The notes beneath the pieces are model-generated. The model was not told where the DNA came from, made no database searches, and saw only the letters and a list, made by a program, of their open reading frames with translations. This document shows, in pieces, positions 1 to 8,250 of a stretch of DNA of 25,100 bases. The stretch comes from a virus (Duplodnaviria; Caudoviricetes): IMG/VR virus record IMGVR_UViG_3300029891_000071, positions 1 to 25,100 of that record. The stretch is one strand, 5' to 3'. Position numbers and translations under genes: made by a program. Position 1 is the stretch's first letter, and every line of letters begins with the position of its first letter.

Positions 1-162
1 TTACTCTTTTTCTAATCGTTCAAGTACCTTGTCTATGTTTAGATTTTTTAACGCTAATCGGCAGATATTCTGATGGACTGTTCCTGATGCTTCGTTACCA
101 AATAATATGGTTGCTACTGCGAATATGATTTCGTTAAATGCTTCTTCGTATTTTTTTCCCAT
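1..162 (-). CDS. hypothetical protein, 53 aa (MGKKYEEAFNEIIF...LERLEKE)
   Basis: Translated by hand (below ORF-track cutoff). AGGAG RBS upstream of ATG at 162; TAA at 1-3. Confidence 0.6.
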   Translation of the reverse strand: MGKKYEEAFNEIIFAVATILFGNEASGTVHQNICRLALKNLNIDKVLERLEKE

Positions 163-218
163 TTAGATTGTCTCCTGTGGCTTAGCAACTGAAAGCTAAA
201 GATTTTTTTGGTATTTCT

Positions 219-569
219 CTATAAATTTGTTTTTACCATTTCCATCTGCAAGTCTTCACTCTGAGCTTTTCTGGTTTTCAATATTTTACCGGTTTCAGGA
301 TCAAGATAGTTGACTACTTTAGCTACCGGGTCTATCTCAATTTCACATTTAGTATTCCTCATCTCATATCCGGTTGTGATATTGTTTGCTGCGATGTTTA
401 TTTGGGCTTGGACTTCATCAATTTTTGATTTAAAGCTTGATGTGACGGCTTTCTTGTCGTCTTCTAACTGCTTTAATTCTGTGACTTTGGTAGCCATAGT
501 AGAAGCAATCTCTTTTTTCTCCTCCTCAGTGAAGTGATATTTTACATACTCATACGAATACTTTGGCAT
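219..569 (-). CDS. hypothetical phage protein, coiled-coil-rich, 116 aa
   Basis: GGAGG RBS before ATG; follows the HTH gene in the same unit; no recognisable catalytic motif. Confidence 0.75.
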   Translation of the reverse strand: MPKYSYEYVKYHFTEEEKKEIASTMATKVTELKQLEDDKKAVTSSFKSKIDEVQAQINIAANNITTGYEMRNTKCEIEIDPVAKVVNYLDPETGKILKTRKAQSEDLQMEMVKTNL

Positions 570-607
570 TTTGTTTCCTCCTTCTTTTTATTTGGTTATG
601 TAATTCT

Positions 608-799
608 CTATTTATTTTCATCTAACAAAGTCCTTAGTTTTTCGGCAAAAGTATTATGCGCTTTGTTTTTTCCACGAAACCAACGCCAGATAGTTGAGTA
701 TGATTTATTTATGGAAACAGCTATTTTTTCAAGTGAATATCCGTTTTTTAATAGTTGTCGGATAGTTCTTGTAACATCAACTGAATTGTTTTGTGTCAT
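608..799 (-). CDS. small Cro/XRE-like HTH protein (paralogue 1)
   Basis: SLEKIAVSINKSYSTIWRWFRGKNKAH HTH pattern; AAGGA RBS; own promoter upstream. Confidence 0.8.
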   Translation of the reverse strand: MTQNNSVDVTRTIRQLLKNGYSLEKIAVSINKSYSTIWRWFRGKNKAHNTFAEKLRTLLDENK

Positions 800-812
800 T
801 GTGTTTTCCTTT

Positions 813-851
813 TGATATTATTATAATATCATAACGAAAAATATTTGTCAA
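813..851 (-). promoter_or_regulatory. sigma70 promoter with overlapping palindromic operator candidate
   Basis: TTGACA (851-846), 17 nt, TGn-TATTAT (828-823). Inverted repeat TGATATTA-tta-TAATATCA at 813-831 covers the -10 and start region. Confidence 0.75.
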
Positions 852-864
852 GCCCTTTTTTCAC

Positions 865-2082
865 TTAAAACGAAATAATTTTTGAAGCTACTTTATTAAA
901 GGCTTTGGAAGATTGAGGAATCTTAAAACAGGAGAGCTTTAATTTTGCTTGGATTTTCTTGAGATAGATAAGCCATTGTGGAATAATTACTTCATTCCAG
1001 TCCCATAGTTTCTTAGCTTCTTCTGCCATCGATGTTCTCATCTGTTCCTTTGAGTCTGAATGGCGTTTTTTGTATAGGACTTCAAGGTGATGGACTATTA
1101 TGTCCCTGTCTGGAATGGCTTTATGTAAGGGTGGGTTTGGGGCGTAGAACCAGTCGATTGGTGGAACAAGTAATTGTTGCAGGTTTGTTTCTGTTGTAGC
1201 AGTTGCGTCAATGGTAATTGCTGGGGTACCACAGCATTCGCTTTCAATTACGGGAAGCCCAAATCCCTCAGAATTAGTAGCATACAGAAGGACATCTGCT
1301 GCATTATAGATAGTGGCCATTTCTTCTTCTGAAAATCCTAAAAGGAAATGATAGTCTTCAGCTAACCGAGTAATTTTTTCGAGTTCGAGTTCCCTGATCA
1401 GATTGTCAAGATTGTATCCATCACCGATGTTTGGTAAACAGTGAATATAAAGTGCAACGTCTTTTTTATCTTCTGCGAATCTTTTAACGGCTTGGAGCTG
1501 TTCTGACCAGGCTTTTCTCCAGAGTTGATTTGCTTGAACCATCGTGATTAAAAAAACATCCTCAGAGAAGCCTAATTGCCGTTTTAAGGCATTTTTTTCC
1601 GGTAGAGGTCTAAACGTATTGGTATCTACTCCATGATGGATTGTAGTGCTCTGTAGGCCCTTTTTTGATAGCTTCCTTTGTGCCCAATTGGACATAGTAA
1701 TGATGTCGAATGCCGGCTTTATTTTCTCTATGATCCAGTCCGGGATCGGATCGAAATCAATTGGAATGTAAGGTATCCAGGGAATCATAGAAGCAACTTG
1801 ATTGGGAAGCCTATTGAAAGGCCAGATATCCATTTGTGTGATGAGAATATCTGCATTGAAATGGGCAAAATGCTTTTCAACAATGTCCTCGCCCATTAAA
1901 TTATCAGTCCCCGGGTAAGTTGTAATTCCATGAACTTTATGAATATGTGTGGCTTTATTTCCAACGGTGGAGAACGATGCAACTTTATGGTGTTTTTGGA
2001 GGCGGGTTAGAATCTCTCTGACGCATTTTCCATAGCCAGAGTTTACGGCTGGTGAATCTTTGGCAAAATAAAGAATTCGCAT
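865..2082 (-). CDS. GT4-family (GT-B) glycosyltransferase
   Basis: N-terminal MRILYFAKDSP..SGYG; IHHGVDTNTFRP; YNAADVLLYATNSEGFGLPVIES (EX7E motif). Confidence 0.9.
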   Translation of the reverse strand: MRILYFAKDSPAVNSGYGKCVREILTRLQKHHKVASFSTVGNKATHIHKVHGITTYPGTDNLMGEDIVEKHFAHFNADILITQMDIWPFNRLPNQVASMIPWIPYIPIDFDPIPDWIIEKIKPAFDIITMSNWAQRKLSKKGLQSTTIHHGVDTNTFRPLPEKNALKRQLGFSEDVFLITMVQANQLWRKAWSEQLQAVKRFAEDKKDVALYIHCLPNIGDGYNLDNLIRELELEKITRLAEDYHFLLGFSEEEMATIYNAADVLLYATNSEGFGLPVIESECCGTPAITIDATATTETNLQQLLVPPIDWFYAPNPPLHKAIPDRDIIVHHLEVLYKKRHSDSKEQMRTSMAEEAKKLWDWNEVIIPQWLIYLKKIQAKLKLSCFKIPQSSKAFNKVASKIISF

Positions 2083-2108
2083 AATGTCTCCTTGCAGGCA
2101 TTATTGCA

Positions 2109-2172
2109 GGCGGGTAAAAGTCTCAAGGAAGACTTTCAGGCGTATAGCCATAATCGCAATGATTATCCCGCC
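2109..2172 (-). ncRNA. candidate four-way-junction structured RNA in the glycosyltransferase leader
   Basis: Outer stem GGCGGG/CCCGCC encloses three hairpins (ATAATC/GATTAT, GGC/GCC, AAAGTCT/AGACTTT) in a 103-nt intergenic gap. Confidence 0.5.
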
Positions 2173-2185
2173 ATCTTTTGTGGAT

Positions 2186-2479
2186 TTAGAGGTTGGTTCG
2201 TCCTTCGAAAGCGTTCCACATGACTGTGGGTGTGCCTGAATCTGGAGTGATTTTCATCGAACCGGATGAAATCCTATCAGCTTTGATGATCCCGGAAGTA
2301 GTAACCGTTCCAGCTTGAGCTGTCATCCCGCCAGTCATCCGTGTAATTGTAACTCCTGGTGATCCTTTGAAACTTCCAGCAAAGGAGACATATCTGCCGG
2401 TAGTTCCAAGAGCTACAGTGCCGAACTGAATCATCGGGCCAACCTCTGATAAATATGCTTCTCTTGTTTTGATAGCCAT
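2186..2479 (-). CDS. small beta-rich virion protein (capsid accessory; lectin-like fold possible)
   Basis: Directly after the major capsid gene; IQFGTV..VSFAGSFKGSPGVTIT pattern; Gly/Thr-rich. Confidence 0.6.
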   Translation of the reverse strand: MAIKTREAYLSEVGPMIQFGTVALGTTGRYVSFAGSFKGSPGVTITRMTGGMTAQAGTVTTSGIIKADRISSGSMKITPDSGTPTVMWNAFEGRTNL

Positions 2480-2488
2480 TTTTTTGAG

Positions 2489-2540
2489 AACATCACTGTC
2501 TAACCGTAATAATAAATGAAAATGATTAGACAGTGATGTT
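2489..2540. repeat. perfect 15-bp inverted repeat downstream of the major capsid gene
   Basis: AACATCACTGTCTAA (2489-2503) and TTAGACAGTGATGTT (2526-2540) with a 22-nt AT-rich loop. Confidence 0.85.
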
Positions 2541-2556
2541 TGGTTGAGGAGGTTGG

Positions 2557-3474
2557 TTATGCGATGGTTCCGGCAATCAGGTATCCGGCAACATCAGCAA
2601 TCAGCTTACAGGTGAATAAGTCTGAAACTTCGATCATGTCGCCTTTTCGGGCTTCCTCTCGCCATCTTCTGACTTGTCTCTTGTTGACTCTAATTGTAGT
2701 CCCCAGGCTGAGTGTTCTACGGCCTAAGCTTGGCGCAACGTAGCAGATGACCGTGTTCTTGCCAAAAATGTAATTCATGCTTTCGGTAAGTCCGGCGTAG
2801 GCTGTATTTTCTACTGCCTTTGCCTCAACTACTTTCAGGCCCAGTATCTTTGGTGGTAACCCCGCATCAGTCAGAAGGGAAGGATCAACATGCTTTCTTA
2901 AATCCTTGATCTCCGGATGCAGGGATAGTGTCTCTGCAACGTCTCCACCCAGGATGATTGTGTTGGCTTCTCTGCCAATGTTTTGACGAACGGAAGCCTT
3001 GGCTGTCTTAATATTGCTGAGTGGCACTGAGTTTGTATAATCAGACCACTGAGAAGTTCCCGACAAAGTAGTATTCTTTGTCATTTTTGTGGTCGAGGTA
3101 AGTAAGTCAGCCATTGACTTTTCAAGCCGAAGCATGATGATGTCCGTTAGAAATTCGGTAATGTCAATGTCCAGCTGTAGTGCCGGGTCTGCGTTTTCCC
3201 GGGCTCTGTCAGTGACAATGTCCTTCAAAGCATGCTCTTCAACTATGTAAGAGTCAGTTGATAGTGTAAGCGACGCTTCATTGGCTTCTGCTCCGTCCGC
3301 TCTTATGGTCTCAGGAAGCTTGAAGGCTTCCTTTCCATAAACGAAATGTTTATCGCTTTCCTTGGTTACCCGAAGGACAGGTAAGACCTGTTCAGCGACA
3401 AGCGCAGCATTCTTATACATTATTGAAATGTTTGACAACGCTGCGTCAACATGAACTTCACTTTTGCTTAACAT
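2557..3474 (-). CDS. major capsid protein (HK97 fold; Mu gpT / lambda gpE-like class)
   Basis: HVDAALSNISIMYKN..VAEQVLPVLRV N-terminus, LSGTSQWSDY, ANTIILG; position after protease and decoration genes; AGGAGG RBS. Confidence 0.85.
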   Translation of the reverse strand: MLSKSEVHVDAALSNISIMYKNAALVAEQVLPVLRVTKESDKHFVYGKEAFKLPETIRADGAEANEASLTLSTDSYIVEEHALKDIVTDRARENADPALQLDIDITEFLTDIIMLRLEKSMADLLTSTTKMTKNTTLSGTSQWSDYTNSVPLSNIKTAKASVRQNIGREANTIILGGDVAETLSLHPEIKDLRKHVDPSLLTDAGLPPKILGLKVVEAKAVENTAYAGLTESMNYIFGKNTVICYVAPSLGRRTLSLGTTIRVNKRQVRRWREEARKGDMIEVSDLFTCKLIADVAGYLIAGTIA

Positions 3475-3489
3475 AATGTCTTACCTCCT

Positions 3490-3906
3490 TTAGATAAAAT
3501 GTGGGGCGATGAGTATATCAGCTTGTGCTCCGGCTGAGCCTGTGCCCTCTGCCCCTATGCAAAATCCCGGGCTAAAGATTGGAGTTCCCTGCGGAACCTT
3601 TGGATATGCGACTCCAATTTTTCCTGCAGCGTCTCTGCCGTAGACCGGACGTCCCATAGGAATTGAACCCTGTTGAACTGCCCAAATAGCTTTGGTGACT
3701 CCAGCTATCCGGACATTTATTGCGACACCGCTCTGACTGGCTCCGGTTTGTGTAAAACCGATCCCAGGGAGGGTTCCGGCAGCTAATGTGCCGGCATATA
3801 GCTTGCAATATCCTGAAGTTCCTACGTCACAGGATACCAGCCTATAGGTTCCGATGGAACCATAAGACTTAAAGGTTTTATCTAAAACTGATGTTGCACC
3901 TGGCAT
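3490..3906 (-). CDS. capsid decoration/cement protein
   Basis: Gly/Ala-rich 138 aa between scaffold and capsid; VAINVRIAGVTK and IPMGRPVYGRDAAGK patterns. Confidence 0.7.
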   Translation of the reverse strand: MPGATSVLDKTFKSYGSIGTYRLVSCDVGTSGYCKLYAGTLAAGTLPGIGFTQTGASQSGVAINVRIAGVTKAIWAVQQGSIPMGRPVYGRDAAGKIGVAYPKVPQGTPIFSPGFCIGAEGTGSAGAQADILIAPHFI

Positions 3907-3929
3907 GGTGCTGTCTCCTTAAACGAGTT

Positions 3930-4751
3930 TTAGAGAAGGCCTATTTTGGCCATCTCAATCATGGCTGTCCGATAGGACAGGTCCGGGTGCTCTGTCAAGT
4001 AGAGCGAAATTTTCGTGTGGTTGTCGGCGTCTTTTTCAATTGGTTTGGTGCTAACTAATGTTTCAAACAGATTGATTGTGGGAGAAGCGGCCAACTCTTC
4101 GAGCAACGATAATGTTGCTGTGCGAATTGACTTTTTTTCCTCACCTAACTGGATTTCTGTTGATTTATCCTCAAGAAATCCTGATAGGATGGTCTTGACG
4201 GCTGGTGTCAGTTTGGGATAACTGGCCAGTATTCTTTGTGTTTCTGCTTTGTCCATCTTTTCCTTGAAGTTCTTAAGCTCTGCGAGTTTTAACTCGACAG
4301 CTTCCTGGTCTTTCTTGGCTTGGTCTTTGAAGATTCTAAGCTCTGCTAATTCCAGTTTGATAGCTTCTGCTGGATTTTTTCCTTTGGGTGTAGCATCATC
4401 TCCGAAGATGCTTGCTAACTTAGCAAGCAATCCTTTTTCAGAAGCAGAAATGGGAGGTTGCTCAGAAAACTTCATCGGCGCTTTTGCTTGGCTTTTAACT
4501 GGCGAGCCTGGGGCCTCCGCCATGTCCGGATAGAACGCCCACTTGCCTTTTTCTCCTCCGTCTTTAAGTTCAACTTCTTTTGAGAGGAATGTGTGACCCT
4601 TGGGGACTTTTCCTATGTAGAATGCCCAGCAACCTTTAATATCTGCAGGTGGAGCATAGCCGTATCCGACTTTGTCAGCTAAATCAGTTGAGTCGTCTTC
4701 TGTGGCTTCAAAGTTGAAGGTTTCTAATTCATCTAAAATTTTTTCTGGCAT
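3930..4751 (-). CDS. putative nested scaffold protein (internal in-frame start, Mu gpZ-like)
   Basis: AAGGAG-aacaca-ATG at 4751 (MPEKILDELE), in frame and just after the protease domain. Confidence 0.6.
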   Translation of the reverse strand: MPEKILDELETFNFEATEDDSTDLADKVGYGYAPPADIKGCWAFYIGKVPKGHTFLSKEVELKDGGEKGKWAFYPDMAEAPGSPVKSQAKAPMKFSEQPPISASEKGLLAKLASIFGDDATPKGKNPAEAIKLELAELRIFKDQAKKDQEAVELKLAELKNFKEKMDKAETQRILASYPKLTPAVKTILSGFLEDKSTEIQLGEEKKSIRTATLSLLEELAASPTINLFETLVSTKPIEKDADNHTKISLYLTEHPDLSYRTAMIEMAKIGLL

Positions 4752-5297
4752 TGTGTTCTCCTTTATTGAAATATCCTCTTCTTCAGGATTGATAATTTCG
4801 GATAGGTTTACCGAAATTGGTTGCAGCCCTTTTAGGTGCGGATAGTTAGTTAAAGCAGCGTTTCTAATGACGTCATATCTTTTGCCAGTGCTTGTGTCCG
4901 GATACGAAGGAATTATTCTGGCAGAGATAAAACGTAATGAACCGTTTTTTATCTTTTCTGCTGTTTCTGGATCGGTGAATCTGAGAGAAGCCCATAAGCT
5001 ACAGACTCCATTTTTTCTCTTTTTGAGGTCTGATATCCATCCTGGAGTTTCTTTGGAATCTAATTTGTGGTCAAAGTCTAAGGGTAATTCGCTTCCGCAG
5101 ATTGCTTGCTGGAAGTTTCTAATCCAGTCATCAATTCTTTTCTCTGTAACATGGATTTCCCCATTTGGGGCATCTGGATGCTTCCAAACGCCTTCTTTGA
5201 TAAGTTCCACTTCTCCTGTCAGGGCTTCTGAAAAGTTTACCGGAAGTAGGGATGTCCAGGAAAATGATTCTTCTTTTTCTAATTGCTCTTCTGTCAT
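3930..5297 (-). CDS. Mu gpI-like prohead protease fused to scaffold
   Basis: LPLDFDH..PGWI..LWASLRFT..IKNGSLRFIS..AALTNYPHLKGLQPI protease signature, followed by a charged helical region. Confidence 0.85.
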   Translation of the reverse strand: MTEEQLEKEESFSWTSLLPVNFSEALTGEVELIKEGVWKHPDAPNGEIHVTEKRIDDWIRNFQQAICGSELPLDFDHKLDSKETPGWISDLKKRKNGVCSLWASLRFTDPETAEKIKNGSLRFISARIIPSYPDTSTGKRYDVIRNAALTNYPHLKGLQPISVNLSEIINPEEEDISIKENTMPEKILDELETFNFEATEDDSTDLADKVGYGYAPPADIKGCWAFYIGKVPKGHTFLSKEVELKDGGEKGKWAFYPDMAEAPGSPVKSQAKAPMKFSEQPPISASEKGLLAKLASIFGDDATPKGKNPAEAIKLELAELRIFKDQAKKDQEAVELKLAELKNFKEKMDKAETQRILASYPKLTPAVKTILSGFLEDKSTEIQLGEEKKSIRTATLSLLEELAASPTINLFETLVSTKPIEKDADNHTKISLYLTEHPDLSYRTAMIEMAKIGLL

Positions 5298-5305
5298 AGT
5301 TTTCC

Positions 5306-5683
5306 TCAGTATTCGATTTGCCTTGTAGCAATCACTTTGGCGTTAATGATCGGTGTCCCCACGGCTAAATTTTCCATCTTAGTCTTCATATAGGCTGGTT
5401 GCGCATCAATGGTCTTTGTTCTCTGTTTGAGTGCTGGAGGTATTCCCAGTGCATTGTCAAGAGAGCCAAAGGCGATGGTGTCCCAGTTGATATTATCTGG
5501 TGAAGTCATTAAGTGTGCTCTTAAAACTGAGCCTGCTGTATTGTAGGAACCGGTGATGGTAACTGCTAATCTGGTTGCCCTTGCGAGACCGACTATAGTT
5601 CCTCCTTCTGCAAGACTTGAAAGTGATCCTGGCCCGAGCCTGGCTAAATATGCCATTGTGATTGTGCCTTTTTCTGTGCTCAT
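5306..5683 (-). CDS. putative virion structural protein (beta-sandwich), 125 aa
   Basis: Start revised to ATG 5683 (AAGGAG RBS; the track start lies inside the promoter); HLMTSPDNINWDT motif; G[ST]-rich. Confidence 0.6.
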   Translation of the reverse strand: MSTEKGTITMAYLARLGPGSLSSLAEGGTIVGLARATRLAVTITGSYNTAGSVLRAHLMTSPDNINWDTIAFGSLDNALGIPPALKQRTKTIDAQPAYMKTKMENLAVGTPIINAKVIATRQIEY

Positions 5684-5700
5684 AATATTCTCCTTTTTCA

Positions 5701-5729
5701 ATAATACACGCAAACCTTTAATTTGTCAA
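5701..5729 (-). promoter_or_regulatory. sigma70 promoter for the protease-capsid unit
   Basis: TTGACA (5729-5724), 17 nt, TATTAT (5706-5701). The -35 contains the TGA stop of the upstream gene. Confidence 0.7.
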
Positions 5730-7225
5730 GCTTTGAAGTTAAAATATTTCTGAACTGAGCTATCTGGATGTTGCCAGAGCATTTCTATATTCTCTTTTTC
5801 AGCTTTTTCCGCTTCTTTTTCAAGATTGTGAGTTTCTGTATAGGGTCTTTGTTCATTGGGTTTAAACATAGCCCACATCATTTCTTCTTCTCCTGCTCTT
5901 GTATATTTAGTAGGTCGGGGGATGTTAGTAATTATCCATCTGCCGGCGACGGTTTTTTCTTGTTTCCATTTAGGATCAGGAGTAAGAAAAATTTCATTAA
6001 AATCTGATTTGGATGTTCCCCACCGGGCAGTGCCTGAAGAAATTATTTTAAACTCTGCGGGTTGATGGACTGTGGCGCCTATACCGCCGGGTGGAATTTT
6101 GCCTTCAACCTTAAGCCAAGCAGAAGGCTGTTTCAGTTTTTGCTCTACGAGGATTTGAAAATCTTTTGTCTGGCTTGGATCTCGCGGATATAAAAACCGA
6201 TTGTATTTTGTCTCGGCGTATTTGGCTTGTGGCCCTTCAAGCTCTTCTGCCGTCAGTGATGGAGTGTCGAGCGTCCAGCCTACAAGATGGCCGTTTGCTT
6301 CGAGTCTGAGATCGACATGCAGGCTGTCGCCTCGAAAATGTAATTGTGCTACGTATTTAAAATTCGTATCCTTTGGTTGCCGGACGATAAACCAATTCCC
6401 TTTTTCCTTTTCTTGCTTTAAAACCTCTTGTCTTGTCGGCTCGTCTTCTGTTTGCTTTTCTGTAAATTCTTCTGATAGGAATTTAACGTTTCTGACAAAT
6501 ACTTGTGGCCCCTGTTTTTGCTCATACTTTTTTGGTGAGTCGTAAAGCCTTATTATTTTAACTTTATAGAGATAAAGTGTGTCATAGTCTCTCCACCATT
6601 TTAACTTCTCGGCTTCTGAGATTTTATGCTCCTCGTATCTGGCTTTAAATTCTTTGGTAGAAATCTTAACAGGTGGTTTCAGTTTGATTATTCCATAGCA
6701 CAAGTCGCCTGAGAGTAGATATAGTTGAGTGTCTAAATGTTGTTTGATGTCAAATGATTTGACAATTGCTGTTTTCTTGCCTTTCGCAATTAATTCTCCG
6801 TGTGGAGGAGTCAGGTATAACCCGACTTGGTGGAGAAGTGCCGGTTCACTTTCTGTGACTGGCTCAGTTTGTTTGATTACTTTGATGCTGCTTGGCACGT
6901 GGACAGCATCAGCCGTGAGCATACATTTAATCTCGGTTCCTTCCGGGTCAATGAAAGTCTGAGCGTTTGGATTGGATTTGAGATAATCAAGCAGTTCTAT
7001 TTCGTTTAGAATAATTATTGGTTTATTTGGGTCTGTATTCTCTGGTGGAATAATTGTCTCAAGTTCTTGGTGCTCTTGCAATTCTTGGCAAGTAACTGTT
7101 GTTTCTGGAACTGCTTTTTTGTCGCTGTAGATTTCTTGCAGGATTGATTGTGGTGCGAGCGTGTCTATTCTTTTTTTCAGCTCTGTTTTGATTGCCTGCT
7201 CTAAAAGTGATGGTGAATTAACCAT
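5726..7225 (-). CDS. multidomain protein: ASCH/PUA-like domain plus LigD-type 3'-phosphoesterase (PE) domain
   Basis: GLYLTPPHGELIAKGKKTAIVKS resembles the ASCH P..(L)I..GxK motif. YVAQLHFRGDSLHVDLRLEANGHLVGWTL resembles the LigD PE QxH...HxDxRLE...LxxW metal-binding motif. Confidence 0.7.
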   Translation of the reverse strand: MVNSPSLLEQAIKTELKKRIDTLAPQSILQEIYSDKKAVPETTVTCQELQEHQELETIIPPENTDPNKPIIILNEIELLDYLKSNPNAQTFIDPEGTEIKCMLTADAVHVPSSIKVIKQTEPVTESEPALLHQVGLYLTPPHGELIAKGKKTAIVKSFDIKQHLDTQLYLLSGDLCYGIIKLKPPVKISTKEFKARYEEHKISEAEKLKWWRDYDTLYLYKVKIIRLYDSPKKYEQKQGPQVFVRNVKFLSEEFTEKQTEDEPTRQEVLKQEKEKGNWFIVRQPKDTNFKYVAQLHFRGDSLHVDLRLEANGHLVGWTLDTPSLTAEELEGPQAKYAETKYNRFLYPRDPSQTKDFQILVEQKLKQPSAWLKVEGKIPPGGIGATVHQPAEFKIISSGTARWGTSKSDFNEIFLTPDPKWKQEKTVAGRWIITNIPRPTKYTRAGEEEMMWAMFKPNEQRPYTETHNLEKEAEKAEKENIEMLWQHPDSSVQKYFNFKA

Positions 7226-8237
7226 TTTTTTCGCCTTCGGTTATAAATTGTTGTAGTTGTTTTGTTGGAATAGATTTTGCTATTGCCGCAAAAAGATATG
7301 AAAATTCTTTAGTTAGATTCTCTTGCAATTCTATTGCAAGATTCTTTTTTTCTTTCTCTAATAAGGCAATGTGGTCAGAAAACTTGTCGTTGGTAGAAAC
7401 ATGTAATTTCTCAATAGTTTTGTTTGTTTCTGCTTGATTGCTGTTTAAGGCTTGCTCAAGCAATTTCAGATGGTTGGTTAATTCTATTTGAGAAGTAATC
7501 TTCTCCTCAAATAGCAAGTTTGTAGTGGATTTAAATCTCTCGTTTAATGTTTTTGTCTGACTTGAAACTTCGGAGAATTTCTCGATTATTTTTTTGACGG
7601 TTTCATTTCCAGTTGCTTCGATTAGTTCATTTTCTTTGGTTAAATCGGTAATGATGTTATCAATTAAAGCCTGGCTAATTTTGCTTTTTTCGATTACATC
7701 TTGGATTGAGCTTTCAATAAGGTTGAGTTTGGTTGCTTGTTGCTCCATCAATTCCGGTAGTTTCTTAGAAGCGGTTGGTGAGGTTAAGAACTTATTGAGT
7801 AAGCTCAAGGTTTTCAGGATTTGATCTCTATCTTCTTTGGTGATGATAGAAGCAAAGGCTCCCCCGCCTGAGGTGAAGCCTGATGACAGGGCTTCTTTGT
7901 GTATTCTGTTCAGCCGTTGACCCATAGAGTTTGCTGTGGAGTGGTCAGCAGCGGCTTCATCCCAAATGGAATTAACAATTGTAGTATCTTGGTCTCTGTA
8001 TGAATCGACAGCATAAGCAGGCGTGCCCCCTCCGGTGTCCCAGAGAATTGTTCCTTGCCAGCCTGAGTCGAACGTAATGTAGCAGAAATAAATTCCAGTA
8101 TCGGCTTTAATTTCCGCTACTCCGGTGGTTGTCCTGGCTAATTTTTCAGTTCCGTCTGTGTTGTAAAGTGTGTAGCCTACTGTTGATAGTCCGGACTTCC
8201 TGCTGGTAAAATTGACTGTTTTTACAGTTTGTGCCAT
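7218..8237 (-). CDS. putative virion protein: N-terminal beta domain plus long coiled coil
   Basis: Thr/Gly-rich first ~90 aa, SIWDEAAADH..SMGQRL linker, heptad-rich C-terminal ~200 aa. Confidence 0.55.
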   Translation of the reverse strand: MAQTVKTVNFTSRKSGLSTVGYTLYNTDGTEKLARTTTGVAEIKADTGIYFCYITFDSGWQGTILWDTGGGTPAYAVDSYRDQDTTIVNSIWDEAAADHSTANSMGQRLNRIHKEALSSGFTSGGGAFASIITKEDRDQILKTLSLLNKFLTSPTASKKLPELMEQQATKLNLIESSIQDVIEKSKISQALIDNIITDLTKENELIEATGNETVKKIIEKFSEVSSQTKTLNERFKSTTNLLFEEKITSQIELTNHLKLLEQALNSNQAETNKTIEKLHVSTNDKFSDHIALLEKEKKNLAIELQENLTKEFSYLFAAIAKSIPTKQLQQFITEGEKNG

Positions 8238-8250
8238 TTTGGGAGGTTCC

